This document shows, one piece after another, positions 36,101 to 51,100 of a stretch of DNA of 64,000 nt. How positions within the stretch are numbered: the stretch's first letter is position 1; each line of letters opens with the position of its first letter. The position numbers were made by a program, and so were the translations under genes. This stretch comes from Eledone cirrhosa (taxonomy: Eukaryota), in contig OZ024740.1 in the NCBI GenBank assembly GCA_964016885.1, positions 31,310,001 to 31,374,000 on the forward strand, given 5' to 3'. The notes under the pieces were generated by a model. It was given only the letters and a program-made list of their open reading frames with translations. It did no database searches and had not been told where the DNA came from.

Positions 36101-39100
36101 ACAGACATGCTGTCTCCATCCTCTGGTCCACAGACATACTGTCTCCTTCCTCTGGTCCACAGACATACTGTCTCCTACCTCTGGTCCACAGACATACTGT
36201 CTCCTACCTCTGGTCCACAGACATACTGTCTCCTTTCTCTGGTCCACAGACATACTGTCTCCATCCTCTGGTCCACAGACATACTGTCTCCTCCCTCTGG
36301 TCCACAGACATACTGTCTCCTTCCTCTGGTCCACAGACATACTGTCTCCTCCCTCTGGTCCACAGACATACTGTCTCCTACCTCTGGTCCACAGACATAC
36401 TGTCTCCTTTCTCTGGTCCACAGACATACTGTCTCCATCCTCTGGTCCACAGACATACTGTCTCCTCCCTCTGGTCCACAGACATACTGTCTCCTCCCTC
36501 TGGTCCACAGACATACTGTCTCCTCCCTCTGGTCCACAGACATACTGTCTGCCCCCTCTGGTCCACAGACATACTGTCTTCTCCCTCTGGTCCACAGACA
36601 TACTGTCTCCATCCTCTGGTCCACAGACATACTGTCTCCATCCTCTGGTCCACAGACATACTGTCTCCTTCCTCTGGTCCACAGACATATTGTCTCCCAC
36701 CCCCCTGGTCCACAGACATACTGCTCCATCCTCTGGTCCACAAACATACTGTCTCCTTCCTCTGGTCCACAGACATACTGTCTCCTTCCTCTGATCCACA
36801 GACATACTGTCTCCTTCCTCTGGTCCACAGACATACTGTCTCCTTTCTCTGGTCCACAGACATACTGTCTCCTTCCTCTGGTCCACAGACATACTGTCTC
36901 CTTCCTCTGGTCCACAGACATACTGTCTCCTCCCTCTGGTCCACAGACATATTGTCTCCATCCTGTGGTTCACAGACATACTGTCTCCTTTCCCTGGTCC
37001 ACAGACATACTGTCTCCTTCCTCTAGTCCACAGACATGCTGTCTCCTCCCTCTGGTCCACAGACATACTGTCTCCTCCCTCTGGTCCACAGACATACTGT
37101 CTCCTCCCTCTGGTCCACAGACATACTGTCTACATCCTCTGGTCCACAGACATACTGTCTCCTCCCTCTGGTCCACAGACATACTGTCTCCTTCCTCTGG
37201 TCCACAGACATACTGTCTACATCCTCTGGTCCACAGACATACTGTCTCCTTCCTCTGGTCCACAGACATACTGTCTCCTTCCTCTGGTCCACAGACATAC
37301 TGTCTCCATCCTCTGGTCCACAGACATACTGTCTCCTCCCTCTGGTCCACAGACATACTGTCTCCTCCCTCTGGTCCACAGACATACTGTCTCCTCCATC
37401 TGGTCCACAGACATACTGTCTCCTTCCTCTGGTCCACAGACATACTGTCTCCTCCCTCTGGTCCACAGACATACTGTCTCCATCCTCTGGTCCACAGACA
37501 TACTGTCTCCTTCCTCTGGTCCACAGACATACTGTCTCCTCCCTCTGGTCCACAGACATACTGTCTCCTCCCTCTGGTCCACAGACATACTGTCTCCTCC
37601 CTCTGGTCCACAGACATACTGTCTCCATCCTCTGGTCCACAGACATACTGTCTCCTTCCCCTGCTCCACAGACATACTGTCTCCATCCTCTGGTCCACAG
37701 ACATACTGTCTCCTCCCTCTGGTCCACAGACATACTGTCTCCATCCTCTGGTCCACAGACATACTGTCTCCTTCCCCTGGTCCACAGATATACTGTCTCC
37801 ATCCTCTGGTCCACAGACATACTGTCTCCTTCCCCTGGTCCAGAGACACACTGTCTCCTTCCTCTGGTCCACAGACACACTGTCTCCTCCCTCTGGTCCA
37901 CAGACATACTGTCTCCTTCCTCTGGTCCACAGACATACTGTCTCCTCCCTCTGGTCCACAGACATACTGTCTCCCCCCTCTGGTCCACAGACATACTGTC
38001 TCCATCCTCTGGTCCACAGACATACTGTCTCCTCCCTCTGGTCCACAGACATACTGTCTCCTTTTTCTGGTCCACAGACATACTGTCTCCTTCCTCTGGT
38101 CCACAGACATACTGTCTCCTTCCTCTGGTCCACAGACATACTGTCTCCTTCCTCTGGTCCACAGACATACTGTCTCCTCCATCTGGTCCACAGACATACT
38201 GTCTCCTTCCTCTGGTCCACAGACATACTGTCCCCTTCCTCTGGTGCACAGACATACTGTCTCCTCCCTCTGGTCCACAGACATACTGTCTCCTCCCTCT
38301 GGTCCACAGACATACTGTCTCCTCCCTCTGGTCCACAGACATACTGTCTCCTCCCTCTGGTCCACAGACATACTGTCTCCTTCCTCTGGTCCACAGACAT
38401 ACTGTCTCCTTCCTCTGGTCCACAGACATACTGTCTCCTCCCTCTGGTCCACAGACATACTGTCTCCTCCCTCTGGTCCACAGACATACTGTCTCCTCCC
38501 TCTGGTCCACAGACATACTGTCTCCTTCCTCTGGTCCACAGACATACTGTCTCCTCCCTCTGGTCCACAGACATACTGTCTCCATCCTCTGGTCCACAGA
38601 CATACTGTCTCCTTCCTCTGGTCCACAGACATACTGTCTCCTCCCTCTGGTCCACAGACATACTGTCTCCATCCTCTGGTCCACAGACATACTGTCTCCT
38701 TCCTCTGGTCCACAGACATACTGTCTCCTTCCTCTGGTCCACAGACATACTGTCTCCTTCCTCTGGTCCACAGACACACTGTCTCCTCCCTCTGGTCCAC
38801 AGACATACTGTCTCCTCCCTCTGGTCCACAGTCATAATATCTCCTTCCCCTGGTCCACAGACATACTGTCTCCTTCCTCTGGTCCACAGACACACTGTCT
38901 CCTTCCTCTGGTCCACAGACACACTGTCTCCTCCCTCTGGTTCACAGACATATGGTCTCCTTCCTCTGGTCCACAGACATACTGTCTCCTCCCTCTGGTC
39001 CACAGACATACTGTCTCCTCCCTCTGGTCCACAGACATACTGTCTCCTCCCGCTGGTCCACAGACATACTGTCTCCTTCCTCTGGTCCACAGACATACTG

Positions 39101-42100
39101 TCTCCATCCTCTGGTCAACAGACATACTGTCTCCTTCCTCTGGTCCACAGACATACTGTCTCCTTCCCCTGGTCCACAGACATACTGTCTCCATCCTCTG
39201 GTCCACAGACATACTGTCTTCTCCCTCTGGTCCACAGACATACTGTCTCCTCCCTCTGGTCCACAGACATACTGTCTCCTCCCTCTGGTCCACAGACATA
39301 CTGTCTCCATCCTCTGGTTCACAGACATACTGTCTCCTCCCTCTGGTCCACAGACATACTGTCTCCATCCTCTGGTCCACAGACATACTGTCTCCTCCCT
39401 CTATTCCACAGACATGCTGTCTCCTCCCTCTGGTCCACAGTCATACTGTCTCCATCCTCTCGTCCACAGACATACTGTCTCCTCCCTCTGGTCCACAGAC
39501 ATACTGTCTCCTTCCTCTGGTCCACAGACATACTGTCTCCTCCCTCTGGTCCACAGACATACTGTCTCCATCCTCTGGTCCACAGACATACTGTCTCCTT
39601 CCTCTGGTCAACAGACATACTGTCTCCTCCCTCTGGTCCACAGACATACTGTCTCCTTCCTCTGGTCCACAGACATACTGTCTCCTCCCTCTGGTCCACA
39701 GACATACTGTCTCCTTCCTCTGGTTCACAGACATACTGTCTCCTCCCTCTGGTCCACAGACATACTGTCTCCATCCTCTGGTCCACAGACATACTGTCTC
39801 CTTCCTCTGGTCAACAGACATACTGTCTCCATCCTCTGGTCCACAGACATACTGTCTCCTCCCTCTGGTCCACAGACATACTGTCTCCTCCCTCTGGTCC
39901 ACAGACATACTGTCTCCCCCCTCTGGTCCACAGACATACTGTCTCCATCCTCTGGTTCACAGACATACTGTCTCCTCCCTCTGGTCCACAGACATACTGT
40001 CTCCATCCTCTGGTCCACAGACATACTGTCTCCTCCCTCTGGTCCACAGACATACTGTCTCCATCCTCTGGTCCACAGACATACTGTCTCCATCCTCTGG
40101 TCCACAGACATACTGTCTCCTACCTCTGGTTCACAGACATACTGTCTCCATCCTCTGGTCCACAGACATACTGTCTCCTTCCTCTGGTCCACAGACATAC
40201 TGTCTCCTCCCTCTGGTCCACAGACATACTGTCTCCATCCTCTGGTCCACAGACATACTGTCTCCTACCTCTGGTCCACAGACATACTGTCTCCTCCCTC
40301 TGGTCCACAGACATACTGTCTCCTCCCTCTGGTCCACAGACATACTGTCTCCTCCCTCTGGTCCACAGACATACTGTCTCCATCCTCTGGTTCACAGACA
40401 TACTGTCTCCTCCCTCTGGTCCACAGAAATACTGTCTCCATCCTCTGGTCCACAGACATACTGTCTCCTCCCTCTGGTCCACAGACATACTGTCTCCATC
40501 CTCTGGTCCACAGACATACTGTCTCCTCCCTCTGGTCCACAGACATACTGTCTCCTCCCTCTGGTCCACAGACATACTGTCTCCTCCCTCTGGTCCACAG
40601 ACATACTGTCTCCTTCCTCTGGTCCACAGACATACTGTCTCCTTCCCCTGGTCCACAGACATACTGTCTCCATCCTCTGGTCCACAGACATACTGTCTCC
40701 ATCCTCTGGTCCACAGACATACTGTCTCCTACCTCTGGTCCACAGACATACTGTCTCCTCCCTCTGGTCCACAGACATACTGTCTCCTTCCTCTGGTCCA
40801 CAGACATACTGTCTCCTCCCTCTGGTCCACAGACATACTGTCTCCTTCCTCTGGTCCACAGACATACTGTCTCCCCCCTCTGGTCCACAGACATACTGTC
40901 TCCATCCTCTGGTCCACAGACATACTGTCTCCTCCCTCTGGTCCACAGACATACTGTCTCCTACCTCTGGTCCACAGACATACTGTCTCCTCCCTCTGGT
41001 CCACAGACATACTCTCTCCATCCTCTGGTCCACAGACATACTGTCTACATCCTCTGGTCCACAGACATACTGTCTCCTTCCTCTGGTCCACAGACATACT
41101 GTCTCCTCCCTCTGGTCCACAGACATACTGTCTCCTCCCTCTGGTCCACAGACATACTGTCTCCATCCTCTGGTCCACAGACATACTGTCTCCATCCTCT
41201 GGTCCACAGACATACTGTCTACATCCTCTGGTCCACAGAGATACTGTCTCCTTCCTCTGGTCCACAGACATACTGTCTCCTCCCTCTGGTCCACAGACAT
41301 ACTGTCTCCTCCCTCTGGTCCACAGACTTTCTGTCTCCTTCCTCTGGTCCACAGACATACTGTCTCCTCCCTCTGGTCCACAGACATACTGTCTCCTCCC
41401 TCTGGTCCACAGACATACTGTCTCCTCCCTCTGGTCCACAGACACACTGTCTCCATCCTCTGGTCCACAGACATACTGTCTCCTTCCTCTGGTCCACAGA
41501 CATACTGTCTCCATCCTCTGGTCCACAGACATACTGTCTCCTTCCTCTGGTCCACAGACATACTGTCTCCATCCTCTGGTCCACAGACATACTGTCTCCA
41601 TCCTCTGGTCCACAGACATACTGTCTACATCCTCTGGTCCACAGACATACTGTCTCCTTCCTCTGGTCCACAGACATACTGTCTCCTCCCTCTGGTCCAC
41701 AGACATACTGTCTCCTCCCTCTGGTCCACAGACATACTGTCTCTTCCCTCTGGTCCACAGACATACTGTCTCCTCCCTCTGGTCCACAGACATACTGTCT
41801 CCTTCCTCTGGTCCACAGACATACTGTCTCCTCCCTCTGGTCCACAGACATACTGTCTCCTCCCTCTGGTCCACAGACATACTGTCTCCATCCTCTGGTC
41901 CACAGACATACTGTCTCTCCCCCTGGTCCACAGACATACTGTCTCCATCCTCTGGTCCACAGACATACTGTCTCCTTCCTCTAGTCCACAGACATGCTGT
42001 CTCCTCCCTCTGGTCCACAGACATACTGTCTCCTTCCTCTGATCCACAGACATACTGTCTCCTTCCTCTGGTCCACAGAATACTGTCTTCTTCCTCTGGT

Positions 42101-45100
42101 CCACAGACATACTGTCTCCTTCCTCTGGTCCACAGACATACTGTCTCCTTCCTCTGGTTCACAGACATACTATCTCCATCCTCTGGTCCACAGACATACT
42201 GTCTCCTTCCTCTGATCCACAGACATACTGTCTCCTTCCTCTGGTCCACAGACATACTGTCTCCTCCCTCTGGTCCACAGACATACTGTCTCCTTCCTCT
42301 GGTCCACAGACATACGGTCTCCTTCCTCTGGTCCACAGACATACTGTCTCCTCCCTCTGGTCCACAGACATACTGTCTCCTCCCTCTGGTCCACAGACAT
42401 ACTGTCTCCTCCCTCTGGTCCACAGACATACTGTCTCCTTCCTCTGGTCCACAGACATACTGTCTCCATCCTCTGGTCAACAGACATACTGTCACCACCC
42501 TCTGGTCCACAGACATACTGTCTCCATCCTCTGGTCCACAGACATACTGTCTCCTCCCTCTGGTCCACAGACATACTGTCTCCTTCCTCTGGTCCAGAGA
42601 CACACTGTCTCCTTCCTCTGGTCCACAGACACACTGTCTCCTCCCTCTGGTCCACAGACATACTGTCTCCTTCCTCTGGTCCACAGACATACTGTCTCCT
42701 CCCTCTGGTCCACAGACATACTGTCTCCCCCCTCTAGTCCACAGACATACTGTCTCCATCCTCTGGTCCACAGACATACTGTCTCCTCCCTCTGGTCCAC
42801 AGACATACTGTCTCCTTTTTCTGGTCCACAGACATACTGTCTCCTTCCTCTGGTCCACAGACATACTGTCTCCTTCCTCTGGTCCACAGACATACTGTCT
42901 CCTTCCTCTGGTCCACAGACATACTGTCTCCTCCCTCTGGTCCACAGACATACTGTCTCCTTCCTCTGGTCCACAGACATACTGTCCCCTTCCTCTGGTG
43001 CACAGACATACTGTATCCTCCCTCTGGTCCACAGACATACTGTCTCCTCCCTCTGGTCCACAGACATACTGTCTCCTCCCTCTGGTCCACAGACATACTG
43101 TCTCCTTCCCCTGGTCCACAGACATACTGTCTCCTTCCTCTGGTCCACAGACACACTGTCTCCTCCCTCTGGTCCACAGACATACTGTCTCCTCCCTCTG
43201 GTCCACAGTCATAATATCTCCTTCCTCTGGTCCACAGACATACTGTCTCCTTCCCCTGGTCCACAGACATACTGTCTCCTTCCTCTGGTCCACAGACACA
43301 CTGTCTCCTTCCTCTGGTCCACAGACACACTGTCTCCTCCCTCTGGTTCACAGACATATGGTCTCCTTCCTCTGGTCCACAGACATACTGTCTCCTCCCT
43401 CTGGTCCACAGACATACTGTCTCCTCCCTCTGGTCCACAGACATACTGTCTCCTCCCTCTGGTCCACAGACATACTGTCTCCTTCCTCTGGTCCACAGAC
43501 ATACTGTCTCCATCCTCTGGTCAACAGACATACTGTCTCCACCCTCTGGTCCACAGACATACTGTCTCCTTCCTCTGGTCCACAGACATATTGTCTCCCA
43601 CCCCCCTGGTCCACAGACATACTGCTCCATCCTCTGGTCCACAAACATACTGTCTCCTTCCTCTGGTCCACAGACATACTGTCTCCTTCCTCTGATCCAC
43701 AGACATACTGTCTCCTTCCTCTGGTCCACAGACATACTGTCTCCTTTCTCTGGTCCACAGACATACTGTCTCCTTCCTCTGGTCCACAGACATACTGTCT
43801 CCTTCCTCTGGTCCACAGACATACTGTCTCCTCCCTCTGGTCCACAGACATACTGTCTCCATCCTGTGGTTCACAGACATTCTGTCTCCTTTCCCTGGTC
43901 CACAGACATACTGTCTCCTTCCTCTAGTCCACAGACATGCTGTCTCCTCCCTCTGGTCCACAGACATACTGTCTCCTCCCTCTGGTCCACAGACATACTG
44001 TCTCCTCCCTCTGGTCCACAGACATACTGTCTACATCCTCTGGTCCACAGACATACTGTCTCCTCCCTCTGGTCCACAGACATACTGTCTCCTTCCTCTG
44101 GTCCACAGACATACTGTCTACATCCTCTGGTCCACAGACATACTGTCTCCTTCCTCTGGTCCACAGACATACTGTCTCCTTCCTCTGGTCCACAGACATA
44201 CTGTCTCCATCCTCTGGTCCACAGACATACTGTCTCCTCCCTCTGGTCCACAGACATACTGTCTCCTCCCTCTGGTCCACAGACATACTGTCTCCTCCAT
44301 CTGGTCCACAGACATACTGTCTCCTTCCTCTGGTCCACAGACATACTGTCTCCTCCCTCTGGTCCACAGACATACTGTCTCCATCCTCTGGTCCACAGAC
44401 ATACTGTCTCCTTCCTCTGGTCCACAGACATACTGTCTCCTCCCTCTGGTCCACAGACATACTGTCTCCTCCCTCTGGTCCACAGACATACTGTCTCCTC
44501 CCTCTGGTCCACAGACATACTGTCTCCATCCTCTGGTCCACAGACATACTGTCTCCTTCCCCTGCTCCACAGACATACTGTCTCCATCCTCTGGTCCACA
44601 GACATACTGTCTCCTCCCTCTGGTCCACAGACATACTGTCTCCATCCTCTGGTCCACAGACATACTGTCTCCTTCCCCTGGTCCACAGATATACTGTCTC
44701 CATCCTCTGGTCCACAGACATACTGTCTCCTTCCCCTGGTCCAGAGACACACTGTCTCCTTCCTCTGGTCCACAGACACACTGTCTCCTCCCTCTGGTCC
44801 ACAGACATACTGTCTCCTTCCTCTGGTCCACAGACATACTGTCTCCTCCCTCTGGTCCACAGACATACTGTCTCCCCCCTCTGGTCCACAGACATACTGT
44901 CTCCATCCTCTGGTCCACAGACATACTGTCTCCTCCCTCTGGTCCACAGACATACTGTCTCCTTTTTCTGGTCCACAGACATACTGTCTCCTTCCTCTGG
45001 TCCACAGACATACTGTCTCCTTCCTCTGGTCCACAGACATACTGTCTCCTTCCTCTGGTCCACAGACATACTGTCTCCTCCATCTGGTCCACAGACATAC

Positions 45101-48100
45101 TGTCTCCTTCCTCTGGTCCACAGACATACTGTCCCCTTCCTCTGGTGCACAGACATACTGTCTCCTCCCTCTGGTCCACAGACATACTGTCTCCTCCCTC
45201 TGGTCCACAGACATACTGTCTCCTCCCTCTGGTCCACAGACATACTGTCTCCTCCCTCTGGTCCACAGACATACTGTCTCCTTCCTCTGGTCCACAGACA
45301 TACTGTCTCCTTCCTCTGGTCCACAGACATACTGTCTCCTCCCTCTGGTCCACAGACATACTGTCTCCTCCCTCTGGTCCACAGACATACTGTCTCCTCC
45401 CTCTGGTCCACAGAATACTGTCTCCTTCCTCTGGTCCACAGACATACTGTCTCCTCCCTCTGGTCCACAGACATACTGTCTCCATCCTCTGGTCCACAGA
45501 CATACTGTCTCCTTCCTCTGGTCCACAGACATACTGTCTCCTCCCTCTGGTCCACAGACATACTGTCTCCATCCTCTGGTCCACAGACATACTGTCTCCT
45601 TCCTCTGGTCCACAGACATACTGTCTCCTTCCTCTGGTCCACAGACATACTGTCTCCTTCCTCTGGTCCACAGACACACTGTCTCCTCCCTCTGGTCCAC
45701 AGACATACTGTCTCCTCCCTCTGGTCCACAGTCATAATATCTCCTTCCCCTGGTCCACAGACATACTGTCTCCTTCCTCTGGTCCACAGACACACTGTCT
45801 CCTTCCTCTGGTCCACAGACACACTGTCTCCTCCCTCTGGTTCACAGACATATGGTCTCCTTCCTCTGGTCCACAGACATACTGTCTCCTCCCTCTGGTC
45901 CACAGACATACTGTCTCCTCCCTCTGGTCCACAGACATACTGTCTCCTCCCTCTGGTCCACAGACATACTGTCTCCTTCCTCTGGTCCACAGACATACTG
46001 TCTCCATCCTCTGGTCAACAGACATACTGTCTCCACCCTCTGGTCCACAGACATACTGTCTCCATCCTCTGGTCCACATACATACTGTCTCCTCCCTCTG
46101 GTCCACAGACATACTGTCTCCTTCCTCTGGTCCACAGACATACTGTCTCCATCCTCTGGTCAACAGACATACTGTCTCCATCCTCTGGTCAACAGACATA
46201 CTGTCTCCACCCTCTGGTCCACAGACATACTGTCTCCTCCCTCTGGTCCACAGACATACTGTCTCCTTCCTCTGGTCCACAGACATACTGTCTCCATCCT
46301 CTGGTCAACAGACATACTGTCTCCACCCTCTGGTCCACAGACATACTGTCTCCTCCCTCTGGTCCACAGACATACTGACTCATCCCTCTGGTCCACAGAC
46401 ATACTGTCTCCTTCCCCTGGTCCACAGACATACTGTCTCCATCCTCTGGTCCACAGACATACTGTCTCCATCCTCTGGTCCACAGACATACTGTCTCCTT
46501 CCTCTGGTCCACAGACATACTGTCTCCTTCCCCTGGTCCACAGACATACTGTCTCCATCCTCTGGTCCACAGACATACTGTCTCCATCCTCTGGTCCACA
46601 GACATACTGTCTCCTCCCTCTGGTCCACAGACATACTGTCTCCTCCCTCTGGTCCACAGACATACTGTCTCCTCCCTCTGGTCCACAGACATACTGTCTC
46701 CATCCTCTGGTTCACAGACATACTGTCTCCTCCCTCTGGTCCACAGACATACTGTCTCCATCCTCTGGTCCACAGACATACTGTCTCCTCCCTCTATTCC
46801 ACAGACATGCTGTCTCCTCCCTCTGGTCCACAGTCATACTGTCTCCATCCTCTCGTCCACAGACATACTGTCTCCTCCCTCTGGTCCACAGACATACTGT
46901 CTCCTTCCTCTGGTCCACAGACATACTGTCTCCTCCCTCTGGTCCACAGACATACTGTCTCCATCCTCTGGTCCACAGACATACTGTCTCCTTCCTCTGG
47001 TCAACAGACATACTGTCTCCTCCCTCTGGTCCACAGACATACTGTCTCCTTCCTCTGGTCCACAGACATACTGTCTCCTCCCTCTGGTCCACAGACATAC
47101 TGTCTCCTTCCTCTGGTTCACAGACATACTGTCTCCTCCCTCTGGTCCACAGACATACTGTCTCCATCCTCTGGTCCACAGACATACTGTCTCCTTCCTC
47201 TGGTCAACAGACATACTGTCTCCATCCTCTGGTCCACAGACATACTGTCTCCTCCCTCTGGTCCACAGACATACTGTCTCCTCCCTCTGGTCCACAGACA
47301 TACTGTCTCCCCCCTCTGGTCCACAGACATACTGTCTCCATCCTCTGGTTCACAGACATACTGTCTCCTCCCTCTGGTCCACAGACATACTGTCTCCATC
47401 CTCTGGTCCACAGACATACTGTCTCCTCCCTCTGGTCCACAGACATACTGTCTCCATCCTCTGGTCCACAGACATACTGTCTCCATCCTCTGGTCCACAG
47501 ACATACTGTCTCCTACCTCTGGTTCACAGACATACTGTCTCCATCCTCTGGTCCACAGACATACTGTCTCCTTCCTCTGGTCCACAGACATACTGTCTCC
47601 TCCCTCTGGTCCACAGACATACTGTCTCCATCCTCTGGTCCACAGACATACTGTCTCCTACCTCTGGTCCACAGACATACTGTCTCCTCCCTCTGGTCCA
47701 CAGACATACTGTCTCCTCCCTCTGGTCCACAGACATACTGTCTCCTCCCTCTGGTCCACAGACATACTGTCTCCATCCTCTGGTTCACAGACATACTGTC
47801 TCCTCCCTCTGGTCCACAGAAATACTGTCTCCATCCTCTGGTCCACAGACATACTGTCTCCTCCCTCTGGTCCACAGACATACTGTCTCCATCCTCTGGT
47901 CCACAGACATACTGCCTCCTTCCTCTGGTCCACAGACATACTGTCTCCTCCCTCTGGTCCACAGACATACTGTCTCCTCCCTCTGGTCCACAGACATACT
48001 GTCTCCTCCCTCTGGTCCACAGACATACTGTCTCCTTCCTCTGGTCCACAGACATACTGTCTCCTTCCCCTGGTCCACAGACATACTGTCTCCATCCTCT

Positions 48101-51100
48101 GGTCCACAGACATACTGTCTCCATCCTCTGGTCCACAGACATACTGTCTCCTACCTCTGGTCCACAGACATACTGTCTCCTCCCTCTGGTCCACAGACAT
48201 ACTGTCTCCTTCCTCTGGTCCACAGACATACTGTCTCCTCCCTCTGGTCCACAGACATACTGTCTCCTTCCTCTGGTCCACAGACATACTGTCTCCCCCC
48301 TCTGGTCCACAGACATACTGTCTCCATCCTCTGGTCCACAGACATACTGTCTCCTCCCTCTGGTCCACAGACATACTGTCTCCTACCTCTGGTCCACAGA
48401 CATACTGTCTCCTCCCTCTGGTCCACAGACATACTCTCTCCATCCTCTGGTCCACAGACATACTGTCTACATCCTCTGGTCCACAGACATACTGTCTCCT
48501 TCCTCTGGTCCACAGACATACTGTCTCCTCCCTCTGGTCCACAGACATACTGTCTCCTCCCTCTGGTCCACAGACATACTGTCTCCATCCTCTGGTCCAC
48601 AGACATACTGTCTCCATCCTCTGGTCCACAGACATACTGTCTACATCCTCTGGTCCACAGAGATACTGTCTCCTTCCTCTGGTCCACAGACATACTGTCT
48701 CCTCCCTCTGGTCCACAGACATACTGTCTCCTCCCTCTGGTCCACAGACTTTCTGTCTCCTTCCTCTGGTCCACAGACATACTGTCTCCTCCCTCTGGTC
48801 CACAGACATACTGTCTCCTCCCTCTGGTCCACAGACATACTGTCTCCTCCCTCTGGTCCACAGACACACTGTCTCCATCCTCTGGTCCACAGACATACTG
48901 TCTCCTTCCTCTGGTCCACAGACATACTGTCTCCATCCTCTGGTCCACAGACATACTGTCTCCTTCCTCTGGTCCACAGACATACTGTCTCCATCCTCTG
49001 GTCCACAGACATACTGTCTCCATCCTCTGGTCCACAGACATACTGTCTACATCCTCTGGTCCACAGACATACTGTCTCCTTCCTCTGGTCCACAGACATA
49101 CTGTCTCCTCCCTCTGGTCCACAGACATACTGTCTCCTCCCTCTGGTCCACAGACATACTGTCTCTTCCCTCTGGTCCACAGACATACTGTCTCCTCCCT
49201 CTGGTCCACAGACATACTGTCTCCTTCCTCTGGTCCACAGACATACTGTCTCCTCCCTCTGGTCCACAGACATACTGTCTCCTCCCTCTGGTCCACAGAC
49301 ATACTGTCTCCATCCTCTGGTCCACAGACATACTGTCTCCATCCTCTGGTCCACAGACATACTGTCTCCCCCCCTGGTCCACAGACATACTGTCTCCATC
49401 CTCTGGTCCACAGACATACTGTCTCCTTCCTCTAGTCCACAGACATGCTGTCTCCTCCCTCTGGTCCACAGACATACTGTCTCCTTCCTCTGATCCACAG
49501 ACATACTGTCTCCTTCCTCTGGTCCACAGAATACTGTCTTCTTCCTCTGGTCCACAGACATACTGTCTCCTTCCTCTGGTCCACAGACATACTGTCTCCT
49601 TCCTCTGGTTCACAGACATACTATCTCCATCCTCTGGTCCACAGACATACTGTCTCCTTCCTCTGATCCACAGACATACGGTCTCCTTCCTCTGGTCCAC
49701 AGACATACTGTCTCCTCCCTCTGGTCCACAGACATACTGTCTCCTTCCTCTGGTCCACAGACATACGGTCTCCTTCCTCTGGTCCACAGACATACTGTCT
49801 CCTCCCTCTGGTCCACAGACATACTGTCTCCTCCCTCTGGTCCACAGACATACTGTCTCCTCCCTCTGGTCCACAGACATACTGTCTCCTTCCTCTGGTC
49901 CACAGACATACTGTCTCCATCCTCTGGTCAACAGACATACTGTCACCACCCTCTGGTCCACAGACATACTGTCTCCATCCTCTGGTCCACAGACATACTG
50001 TCTCCTCCCTCTGGTCCACAGACATACTGTCTCCTTCCTCTGGTCCAGAGACACACTGTCTCCTTCCTCTGGTCCACAGACACACTGTCTCCTCCCTCTG
50101 GTCCACAGACATACTGTCTCCTTCCTCTGGTCCACAGACATACTGTCTCCTCCCTCTGGTCCACAGACATACTGTCTCCCCCCTCTAGTCCACAGACATA
50201 CTGTCTCCATCCTCTGGTCCACAGACATACTGTCTCCTCCCTCTGGTCCACAGACATACTGTCTCCTTTTTCTGGTCCACAGACATACTGTCTCCTTCCT
50301 CTGGTCCACAGACATACTGTCTCCTTCCTCTGGTCCACAGACATACTGTCTCCTTCCTCTGGTCCACAGACATACTGTCTCCTCCCTCTGGTCCACAGAC
50401 ATACTGTCTCCTTCCTCTGGTCCACAGACATACTGTCCCCTTCCTCTGGTGCACAGACATACTGTATCCTCCCTCTGGTCCACAGACATACTGTCTCCTC
50501 CCTCTGGTCCACAGACATACTGTCTCCTCCCTCTGGTCCACAGACATACTGTCTCCTTCCCCTGGTCCACAGACATACTGTCTCCTTCCTCTGGTCCACA
50601 GACACACTGTCTCCTCCCTCTGGTCCACAGACATACTGTCTCCTCCCTCTGGTCCACAGTCATAATATCTCCTTCCTCTGGTCCACAGACATACTGTCTC
50701 CTTCCCCTGGTCCACAGACATACTGTCTCCTTCCTCTGGTCTACAGACACACTGTCTCCTTCCTCTGGTCCACAGACACACTGTCTCCTCCCTCTGGTTC
50801 ACAGACATATGGTCTCCTTCCTCTGGTCCACAGACATACTGTCTCCTCCCTCTGGTCCACAGACATACTGTCTCCTCCCTCTGGTCCACAGACATACTGT
50901 CTCCTCCCTCTGGTCCACAGACATACTGTCTCCTTCCTCTGGTCCACAGACATACTGTCTCCATCCTCTGGTCAACAGACATACTGTCTCCACCCTCTGG
51001 TCCACAGACATACTGTCTCCATCCTCTGGTCCACAGACATACTGTCTCCTCCCTCTGGTCCACAGACATACTGTCTCCTTCCTCTGGTCCACAGACATAC